DNA from: Escherichia phage ST2
Length of the DNA stretch: 64,000 nucleotides
Sequence record: OM982647
Reading direction: 5' to 3' (one strand)
Shown: piece by piece, positions 56,255 to 64,000 of the stretch
Position numbering within the stretch: the stretch's first letter is position 1
Layout: every line of letters starts with the position of its first letter
Translations under genes and position numbers: made by a program
The notes under the pieces: generated by a model
What the model saw: only the letters and a program-made list of their open reading frames with translations
Databases searched by the model: none
What the model was told of the DNA's origin: nothing

Positions 56255-57987
56255 TGGAAATGATTAGCAGTAGCCTTAATTGGTTCGTGGGTGTTGTCGA
56301 GGACAGAATGGACCCATTAAAACAAGGGCGAGTTCGAGTGCGAGTAGTTGGTCTTCATCCGGCACAGAGAGCACAAGGTGATGTACAAGGTATTCCTACA
56401 GAAAAACTTCCATGGATGACTGTTATTCAACCTATTACGTCTGCATCAATGTCTGGTATTGGCGGATCTGTTACAGGCCCTGTCGAAGGAACTCGAGTAT
56501 ATGGTCATTTCTTAGACAAATGGAAAACAAACGGTATTGTACTTGGTACATATGGTGGAATTGTACGTGAAAAGCCTAATAGACTCGAAGGTTTTTCAGA
56601 CCCTACAGGTCAATATCCGCGACGTTTAGGTAATGATACGAACGTATTAAACCAAGGCGGTGAAGCTGGTTATTATTCAAACTCTAACGTAATTCAAGAT
56701 AACAACTTAGATTATGGTATAAACCCAGACGATACAGATTTAGCAAATATTCCAGAAGATGACGACCCTAATTTTACAATAACAGAAATGTTACGTCGTG
56801 ACGAAGGTCTTCGTGATAAAGTGTATTGGGACCATCTCGGATATCCTACAGTAGGTATTGGACACCTTATCGTAATGGAAAAGACTCGAGATATGTCTCG
56901 AATTAATAAATTGTTATCTGATCAAGTAGGGCGTGAAGTAACAGGAAATCCGGGAACTATTACATTAGAAGAAGCAACAGCGTTATTTGAGAAAGACCTT
57001 GCTAAGATGCAGAAAGACATCCGTTCTAATTCTAAAGTAGGTCCTGTTTATGCTAAAATGAACAGATCTCGCCAAATGGCATTAGAAAACATGTGCTTCC
57101 AAATGGGCGTTGGTGGTGTAGCAAAATTCAATACTATGCTTAAAGCAATGGCCGAAGGTGATTGGAAAACTGCATACAAATCTGGGCGCGATTCATTATG
57201 GTTCCAACAGACTAAAGGACGCGCTTCACGTGTAACAACAATTATTTTAACCGGTAACATGGAATCATATGGTGTTCCTGTTAAAACACCGCCTTCACCA
57301 GGAGTTGGTGCTGATTTAGTTACTAGAAATACCGATCCAGAAGACCCGGCAGGTCCTCCTGTTCCGTTAGATTCACGTATCCTTTTTAAAGAACCGGAAT
57401 CAAGTTATCGTGGTGAATACCCGTATGTTCATGCTATGGAAACAGAAAGCGGTCATATCCAAGAGTTTGACGACACTCCAGGTAACGAACGTTATCGCTT
57501 AGTTCATCCAACAGGGTCATATGAGGAAGTTTCTCCGTCAGGGCGCCGTACTCGTAAAACTGTAGAAGACCTTTTTGACATCACTAATGGTGATGGGAAC
57601 TTCTTGATTTCTGGCGATAAGCTTGTTAACGTTGGTGCTAATGAAATATATTATAACATGGCAGACCGCCTCCATCAAATAGACGGCAATGACACAATCT
57701 TTATTCGCGGTAACCAATCTAAAACTGTTGAAGGCGATGGAACTCTTTACGTTAAGGGTAATATCAAAATAGTTGTTGACGGAAATGCAGATATTCTTGT
57801 TAAAGGTGATGCCAAAACTCAGGTCGAAGGGAATCATGATTACACCGTCAACGGAAACGTTAAATGGACTGTTAATGGTAATGTTGATATGACTGTTGCT
57901 GGCAATTGGTCGGAGACAATGACTACAATGAGCTCAATAGCTTCAGGACAATATACTGTTGACGGATCTCGTATTGATATCGGGTAA
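56254..57987 (+). CDS. 5: baseplate hub / tail-associated lysozyme gp5
   Basis: 577 aa; lysozyme domain DEGLRDKVYWDHLGYPTVGIGHL and C-terminal beta-helix repeats. Confidence 0.95.
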   Translation: MEMISSSLNWFVGVVEDRMDPLKQGRVRVRVVGLHPAQRAQGDVQGIPTEKLPWMTVIQPITSASMSGIGGSVTGPVEGTRVYGHFLDKWKTNGIVLGTYGGIVREKPNRLEGFSDPTGQYPRRLGNDTNVLNQGGEAGYYSNSNVIQDNNLDYGINPDDTDLANIPEDDDPNFTITEMLRRDEGLRDKVYWDHLGYPTVGIGHLIVMEKTRDMSRINKLLSDQVGREVTGNPGTITLEEATALFEKDLAKMQKDIRSNSKVGPVYAKMNRSRQMALENMCFQMGVGGVAKFNTMLKAMAEGDWKTAYKSGRDSLWFQQTKGRASRVTTIILTGNMESYGVPVKTPPSPGVGADLVTRNTDPEDPAGPPVPLDSRILFKEPESSYRGEYPYVHAMETESGHIQEFDDTPGNERYRLVHPTGSYEEVSPSGRRTRKTVEDLFDITNGDGNFLISGDKLVNVGANEIYYNMADRLHQIDGNDTIFIRGNQSKTVEGDGTLYVKGNIKIVVDGNADILVKGDAKTQVEGNHDYTVNGNVKWTVNGNVDMTVAGNWSETMTTMSSIASGQYTVDGSRIDIG

Positions 57988-57990
57988 TAT

Positions 57991-58506
57991 ATGGCACAAA
58001 TACTTCCTTTAAATACCGACTTAGGAGAAGACATGGAAGGGGCGTCTATTGACGTCCTTTTTACTCCACAGTTAGAAACAACCGAAACTTTAGTGTCAAT
58101 AAATATAACAGATTATGAACCGACACAAGGCATTACGGTAGATGGTAATCGTTTATATGGAACATATGAAAGTGTGTTTAGCTTTTCTTCGGATGCATTG
58201 AAATACCGATTAAATGATGATTTTGAAACCGCATCTTCATGGGACGATTTACCAAAAGATGAGTCCACACAGTTATATTTGTGGAGAGCTCCTCAGAATC
58301 TTCGTAAAGTGTTTAGTTATACGGTTGAAATGATTTATAACTACCAAGAAGAAAATTCATCAGGCGGTTCTAGAAGTGACTCTGGCACAGAACCTCCACC
58401 GGCTCCAGTACAAAAAACTCTTACTAAGGTTTATACAAAAACTATAGTAGGAAATTGGAGCAAATGGGCTCAACAATTACGAAACTATGTTTATGTGAGG
58501 CCGTGA
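57991..58506 (+). CDS. 5.1: gp5.1-like protein
   Basis: 171 aa ORF after gene 5. Confidence 0.7.
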   Translation: MAQILPLNTDLGEDMEGASIDVLFTPQLETTETLVSINITDYEPTQGITVDGNRLYGTYESVFSFSSDALKYRLNDDFETASSWDDLPKDESTQLYLWRAPQNLRKVFSYTVEMIYNYQEENSSGGSRSDSGTEPPPAPVQKTLTKVYTKTIVGNWSKWAQQLRNYVYVRP

Positions 58507-58508
58507 AA

Positions 58509-58802
58509 ATGTCTGGCTTAAGTTACGACAAGTGCGTTACAGCAGGTCATGAAGCATGGCCTCCTACTGTAATAAATGCTTCCCAATCTAAAGTATTCAC
58601 CGGCGGTATTCCTGTTCTTGTGGCAGGAGACCAAATAACACCTCATACAGAAATTAAAAAACCATACGAGACTCATGGAGGTGTTACTGAACCTCGTACA
58701 TCTAAAGTATACGTCACCGGTAAAAAGGCTGTTCAAATGGCTGACCCAATTTCATGCGGGGATACTGTTTCTCAGGCCTCGTCAAAAGTCTTTATAAAAT
58801 AG
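58509..58802 (+). CDS. 5.4: PAAR-like baseplate spike tip gp5.4
   Basis: ATG 58509-58511 (MSGLSYDKC); about 97 aa. Confidence 0.75.
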   Translation: MSGLSYDKCVTAGHEAWPPTVINASQSKVFTGGIPVLVAGDQITPHTEIKKPYETHGGVTEPRTSKVYVTGKKAVQMADPISCGDTVSQASSKVFIK

Positions 58803-58810
58803 GAATTAAA

Positions 58811-60781
58811 ATGGCAAACACTCCTGTAAATTATCAATTAACCCGAACAGCGAATGCTATTCCCGAGATTTTTATCGGGGGCACATTTGCCGAAATCAAA
58901 CAGAACATTATTGAATGGCTCAATGGACAGAATGAATTTCTTGATTATGATTTTGAAGGTTCACGCTTAAACGTATTGTGCGACCTTTTAGCATATAACA
59001 CTCTTTATATCCAACAGTTCAGTAATAGTGCAGTGTATGAAAGCTTTATGCGTACTGCTAACTTGCGCAGTTCCGTTGTACAAGCGGCGCAGGATAATGG
59101 ATATCTGCCTGCATCTAAATCAGCAGCACAAACAGAAATTATGCTCACATGTACGGATGCATTAAATAGAAACTATATCACTATTCCACGTGGTACTCGT
59201 TTCCTGGCGTATGCTAAAGGTACTTCTGTAAATCCATATAACTTTGTTTCCACCGAAGACGTCATTGTAGTTAAAGACAAAAATAATCAATATTTCCCAC
59301 GTCTTAGGTTAGCTCAGGGACGTATTGTTCGTACTGAATTAACATTTGATAAATTAAAACCTATCATTATTCGTGATAAGAACATTGACCGTAATTTGGT
59401 TAAATTGTATGTTGACGGAGCAGAATGGATTAACTGGACTCGCAAATCGATGGTTCATGCTGGTTCTACTTCAACCATTTATTATATGCGAGAAACTGTT
59501 GACGGGAACACTGAATTTTATTTTGGTGAAGGTGAAATCTCTATTAACACATCAGAAGGTGCTTTAACATCCAACTACATTGGTGGCCTTAAACCTGTCC
59601 AGGGTTCTAAAATCGTAATTGAGTATATTTCTACTAATGGCGCAGATGCTAATGGTGCTGTAGGATTCTCTTATGCTGATACATTAGCTAATATCACAGT
59701 TATTGGAATTAATGAAAACCCAAGTAATAACCCTGACTTCGTTGGTGCGGATGGCGGTGGCGACCCTGAAGATATTGAACGTATCCGTGAATTAGGTACA
59801 ATTAAACGCGAAACTCAACAACGATGTGTGACTGCGACTGATTACGACACATTCGTCTCTGAACGATTTGGTTCTATTATTCAAGCGGTTCAGACATTTA
59901 CGGATTCATCTAAGCCTGGGTACGCATTTATTGCTGCTAAACCTAAGTCTGGGTTATATTTGACTTCAGTCCAACGAGACGATATTAAAAATTATCTTAA
60001 TGAGTATAACTTAGGGACGATAACTCCTGTTGTTATTTCTCCTGATTATTTGTTTATTAAAATGAATATTCGCGTTACGTATGCATTGAACAAATTACAG
60101 GAATCTGAACAATGGTTAGAAGGCCAAATTATTAATAAAATCGACCGTTATTATATTGAAGACGTGGAAATTTTTAACTCGTCATTCGCAAAATCTAAAA
60201 TGTTAACGTATGTCGATGACGCAGATATTTCTATCATTGGTTCGTCTGCGACTATTCAAATGGTTCGCGAGGTACAGAACTTCTACAAAACACCTGAAAC
60301 AGGTATTAAATACAATAACCAGATTAAAGATAGAACATTAGAATCTAACGTGTTTTCATTTGATAGTTTACGCGTTGACCCTGAAACGGAAGCTACTATT
60401 AAATATGACGTTCGCATTGTAGGTTCAGATAGAAATGACCGTGGCATTGGACAAGTTATTATTGGCCCGTTTGCAGATGGCGACGTTATAGAAAACGCTT
60501 ATATTCAACCATATACTGGTGACGATTTTAATAAACTTCATGTTACGGACGGAAGAAACAAATATTACTCTATAGGTGAAGTAAATTATCCGGCTGATTC
60601 AATTTATTGGAATATAGCTAAAATTGATTTAACTTCTGATAGGTTTGAAGTTCAAACTATTGAACTCTATTCAGACCCAGCTGATGATGTTATCTTTACT
60701 AAAGACGGGTCGTTAATTGTATTTGAAAATGACTTACGTCCGCAATATTTAACCATAGATTTGGAGCCTATTTCACAATGA
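58811..60781 (+). CDS. 6: baseplate wedge protein gp6
   Basis: Start at ATG 58811 (MANTPVNYQ) after AGGA; about 656 aa. Confidence 0.93.
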   Translation: MANTPVNYQLTRTANAIPEIFIGGTFAEIKQNIIEWLNGQNEFLDYDFEGSRLNVLCDLLAYNTLYIQQFSNSAVYESFMRTANLRSSVVQAAQDNGYLPASKSAAQTEIMLTCTDALNRNYITIPRGTRFLAYAKGTSVNPYNFVSTEDVIVVKDKNNQYFPRLRLAQGRIVRTELTFDKLKPIIIRDKNIDRNLVKLYVDGAEWINWTRKSMVHAGSTSTIYYMRETVDGNTEFYFGEGEISINTSEGALTSNYIGGLKPVQGSKIVIEYISTNGADANGAVGFSYADTLANITVIGINENPSNNPDFVGADGGGDPEDIERIRELGTIKRETQQRCVTATDYDTFVSERFGSIIQAVQTFTDSSKPGYAFIAAKPKSGLYLTSVQRDDIKNYLNEYNLGTITPVVISPDYLFIKMNIRVTYALNKLQESEQWLEGQIINKIDRYYIEDVEIFNSSFAKSKMLTYVDDADISIIGSSATIQMVREVQNFYKTPETGIKYNNQIKDRTLESNVFSFDSLRVDPETEATIKYDVRIVGSDRNDRGIGQVIIGPFADGDVIENAYIQPYTGDDFNKLHVTDGRNKYYSIGEVNYPADSIYWNIAKIDLTSDRFEVQTIELYSDPADDVIFTKDGSLIVFENDLRPQYLTIDLEPISQ

Positions 60782-63700
60782 CAGTAAAAGCGCCAGCAGT
60801 CACGAGTCTCAGATTATCTAAATTGTCCGCAAACCAAGTTCAAATTCGCTGGGATGAGGTTGGCGCTAATTTCTACTATTTTGTGGAAATAGCTGAGACC
60901 AAAACAGCTAATGGGGAAGCAATTCCCCGTAATAGCTATAGATGGACTAATTTAGGATATACCGCTGATAACAATTTCTTTGAGTCTGGTTTAAATTCAT
61001 TAACAACATATATGATGCGTGTGGCTACAGCAGCGGAGGGATTTGAGCAGTCTGATTGGAGATACACCGAAGAGTTTGAAACATTTGAAATAAACGCTTA
61101 CACATTCCAACATATGATTGAAATGCAATTAGCTAACGAGTTTATTTCTGAAAAATTTACAAAAAATAATACAAACTACGTTGATTTTAATAATGACACG
61201 ATCATGGCAGCACTGATGAGCGAGTCGTTCCAATTTAGTCCTGCATACACCGATGTGTCATCGATTAGAAATTTTATAATTGGTGAAAATCAGTATCATG
61301 AAATCCAGGGGCATATCCAGGACGTATGTAAAGATATAAATCGAGTATATCTAATGGAATCTGAAGGAATTCTTTACCTTTTTGAAAGATTCCAACCTAT
61401 TGTAAAAGTGTCTAATGATAAAGGCCAAACATGGAAAGCGGTTAAATTGCTTAATGACCGTGTAGGATATCCACTTTCACGAACTGTATATTACCAATCA
61501 GAATATACGACGTATTTGCTCGGCTATGATAAGATTTTTTACGGGCGTAAATCATCCGATATTCGTTGGTCTGCTGATGATGTTCGTTTCAGTTCACAAG
61601 ATGTAACATTTGCTAAAATCGGGGACCGATTAAATTTAGGTTTTGATGTAGAGATTTTCGGTACATACGCGTCATTACCAGGAAACGTATCACGTATTGC
61701 AGAAGCTATTACTTGTAATGACGACTATGTTTATATTGCGGCCAGAGATAAAGTTCGCTTCGTTAAAACCAGTAACGCTCCTATTGATTCAGATCCATTA
61801 TCTCCGACCTATTCCGAACGGTTGTTTGAACCTGAGACGTTTACAATAACAGGCAACCCTAAAGCAGTTTGTTATAAAATGGATTCTGTTGGTGGAAGAA
61901 TATTCGCTCTTATTATTGGTGAAGTCGAAAATGTTAATGACGACCCAAGAACAAAGCCTATTTTGGATTCCGTTGATAAAGGTGTATACGTTTTAGACCA
62001 TGACGCTGGAACATTTAAAAGGATATTTGGTAATACCGAAGAAGAACGCCGTCGTATAGAACCGGCTTTCACTAATATGTCTACTGATGGTGTTGAGCTT
62101 TATATCTCTTCTAGTAATTTTAAATTTTTAGAATCTGATATTGTTGACGACCCAGAAACGCAATCTAAGTATGGACTTTTAAGAGCAGTTAAGTATGAAT
62201 ATCCTAGAGAATGGCTCGCAGATAAACATTACCATATGATGATTTTCGCATCAAACGAAGAAAGTAATTGGGAAACTTTTTCACCAACTCCTATGCAGTA
62301 TTATGCAGAACCTTTCTTTAGTTATTCTAGAAAATCAGGCACACGTTCTTGGATTAATAACTCTGATAGAGCGGTAGTGATTTATTCTGATTTGCTTTAC
62401 ACAAAGGTAGTGGAAAGCCACCCTAGCACTTCACCTGATCGTAAAGTTCATGAATACTGGAATGATGGCGATTGTAAGATTGTTATGCCGAATATAGAAT
62501 TCACTGGATTTAAAAAATACGCATCTGGTATGTTGTTTTATAAATCATCAGGTGAAATAATTTCATATTACGATTTTAGTTATCGTGTTAGAGATAACGT
62601 TTCTATAATTTGGAAGCCCACTAACGTATTCTTGACCGCCTCATTACAAAACCAAGAAAAAGAAACTTCTTGGGTTCCTGTTGAAGAGACAGGTCTAGCT
62701 GACCCGGATTTACGCCCATTACTCACTACAATGATGCCAGAGTCTTATCTGTTGGATAATACAAACTTTGAAGCATTTTGTGAAGCGTATATTCAATATC
62801 TTTCTGATGGATACGGGACTCATTATAATAACTTATTGAATTTGATTAAAAATAAATACCCACGAGAAGAACACGCATGGGAATATCTTTGGTCCGAAAT
62901 TTATAAACGGAACATTTATTTGAATGCTGAGAAACGTGATTTAGTTTCTAGGTTCTTTGAGTCCAGAAGTTATGATTTTTATTCTACTAAAGGAACTGAA
63001 GCGTCGTATAAGTTTTTGTTTAAAGTTCTTTATAACGAAGACGTTGAAGTGGAAATTGAGTCATCTGCCGGAACAGAGTACGATATCATAATTCAATCTG
63101 ATTCTATAAGTGAAGATTTGGTTGGACAAACTATATACACCGCTACAGGTAGATGTAATGTTACATATTTAGAAAGAAGCTATTCTAAAGGTAGATTACA
63201 ATGGACTGTGACTATTCATAACCTTTTAGGTAGGCTTTTAGTCGGCCAAGAAGTAAAAGCCGAAAGACTAGCAGATTTTGAAGGTGAAATAGTTCGCGGT
63301 ATTAAAGGTAAAGAACTTGCCCAAAACACTATCGATTATTTTAATCGTGGTAGAGCTTATTACGTCATGAAAATAAAGTCAAATCTTCCGTCCTCTCGTT
63401 GGAAATCTGACGTACTACGTTTTGTACATCCGGTAGGATTTGGATTTATTGCAATAACCTTATTAACAATGTTTATTAATACAGGATTAACGCTTAAACA
63501 TGTTGAAACTATTATTAATAAATATAAAAATTATAAGTGGGATTCCGGACTGCCTACGGAATATGCAGACCGCGTCGCTCGTTTAGACCCTCAAGGTAAT
63601 GTAGAATTCAATCCTGTTACAGGTGAAGTAATTTATGATGCTGGACCTTATGCCGGTATCGAATACCCTTTACCTGCAAATTATAACGAAGAAAATGATA

Positions 63701-63876
63701 ACTCTATTTTCCAAGGACAATTACCGTCCGAACGACGCAAGCCAATGAGCCCATTATTTGATGCATCAGGTACAACGTTCTCTAGATTTAGAGAGCTTGT
63801 TAATGAAAGATTGTTAGATAACGTGGGAAATCCTAGAGACCCGATTAATCCACCACAGGTTAAATTAGATGAATGA
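60778..63876 (+). CDS. 7: baseplate wedge protein gp7
   Basis: 1032 aa, same size as T4 gp7; start overlaps gp6 stop. Confidence 0.93.
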   Translation: MTVKAPAVTSLRLSKLSANQVQIRWDEVGANFYYFVEIAETKTANGEAIPRNSYRWTNLGYTADNNFFESGLNSLTTYMMRVATAAEGFEQSDWRYTEEFETFEINAYTFQHMIEMQLANEFISEKFTKNNTNYVDFNNDTIMAALMSESFQFSPAYTDVSSIRNFIIGENQYHEIQGHIQDVCKDINRVYLMESEGILYLFERFQPIVKVSNDKGQTWKAVKLLNDRVGYPLSRTVYYQSEYTTYLLGYDKIFYGRKSSDIRWSADDVRFSSQDVTFAKIGDRLNLGFDVEIFGTYASLPGNVSRIAEAITCNDDYVYIAARDKVRFVKTSNAPIDSDPLSPTYSERLFEPETFTITGNPKAVCYKMDSVGGRIFALIIGEVENVNDDPRTKPILDSVDKGVYVLDHDAGTFKRIFGNTEEERRRIEPAFTNMSTDGVELYISSSNFKFLESDIVDDPETQSKYGLLRAVKYEYPREWLADKHYHMMIFASNEESNWETFSPTPMQYYAEPFFSYSRKSGTRSWINNSDRAVVIYSDLLYTKVVESHPSTSPDRKVHEYWNDGDCKIVMPNIEFTGFKKYASGMLFYKSSGEIISYYDFSYRVRDNVSIIWKPTNVFLTASLQNQEKETSWVPVEETGLADPDLRPLLTTMMPESYLLDNTNFEAFCEAYIQYLSDGYGTHYNNLLNLIKNKYPREEHAWEYLWSEIYKRNIYLNAEKRDLVSRFFESRSYDFYSTKGTEASYKFLFKVLYNEDVEVEIESSAGTEYDIIIQSDSISEDLVGQTIYTATGRCNVTYLERSYSKGRLQWTVTIHNLLGRLLVGQEVKAERLADFEGEIVRGIKGKELAQNTIDYFNRGRAYYVMKIKSNLPSSRWKSDVLRFVHPVGFGFIAITLLTMFINTGLTLKHVETIINKYKNYKWDSGLPTEYADRVARLDPQGNVEFNPVTGEVIYDAGPYAGIEYPLPANYNEENDNSIFQGQLPSERRKPMSPLFDASGTTFSRFRELVNERLLDNVGNPRDPINPPQVKLDE

Positions 63877-64000
63877 TTCAAGTGTTGTCTATCGTGCGAT
63901 AGTTACTTCAAAATTTAGAACTGAAAAAATGTTGAATTTCTACAATTCAATAGGTGATGGTGATAATAAAAACACCATCTTTATAACGTTTGGTCGGTCT
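63869..64000 (+). CDS. 8: baseplate wedge protein gp8, N-terminal fragment (runs past window end)
   Basis: ATG 63869 overlaps gp7 stop (ATGAATGA); MNDSSVVYRAIVTSKFRTEKM. Confidence 0.8.
   Translation, partial: MNDSSVVYRAIVTSKFRTEKMLNFYNSIGDGDNKNTIFITFGRS

Overview
This window is a densely coding, T4-like (Tevenvirinae-type) myophage segment. Calls rest on manual reading of the six-frame ORF track, motif recognition and gene order recalled for T4; no database search was run. Nearly all genes up to ~55.6 kb are on the minus strand: the N-terminal part of a dCMP hydroxymethylase (42), DNA polymerase 43, regA, clamp loader 62/44, clamp 45, rpbA, recombination nuclease 46/47, late sigma factor 55, nrdH/nrdG/nrdD, endonuclease VII (49), nrdC, a hyperplastic block of unknown genes, rI, tk, regB, denV, lysozyme e, nudE, three tRNAs, 57B (Acb1-like), 57A, 1, 3, 2 and 4. 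Plus-strand baseplate genes 53, 5, 5.1, 5.4, 6, 7 and the start of 8 follow. The most interesting feature is a co-oriented cassette between genes 43 and 42 (752-5092), where T4 carries imm. It encodes a KdsD-like SIS arabinose-5-phosphate isomerase, a nucleotidyltransferase fused to an APH-fold kinase, a HAD phosphatase and a U32-family Cys-cluster protein. No alpha-glucosyltransferase lies between 47 and 55. Together this suggests a phage-encoded activated-pentose donor pathway for a non-glucose hydroxymethylcytosine hypermodification (inference). Other notable features are seven internal-protein-like ORFs with a capsid-targeting leader, a tandem trio of small paralogs ending in a conserved C-terminal Cys motif, an AAA+ ATPase/nucleotidyltransferase pair, a macro-domain protein, and about twenty repeated early-promoter/stem-loop cassettes.
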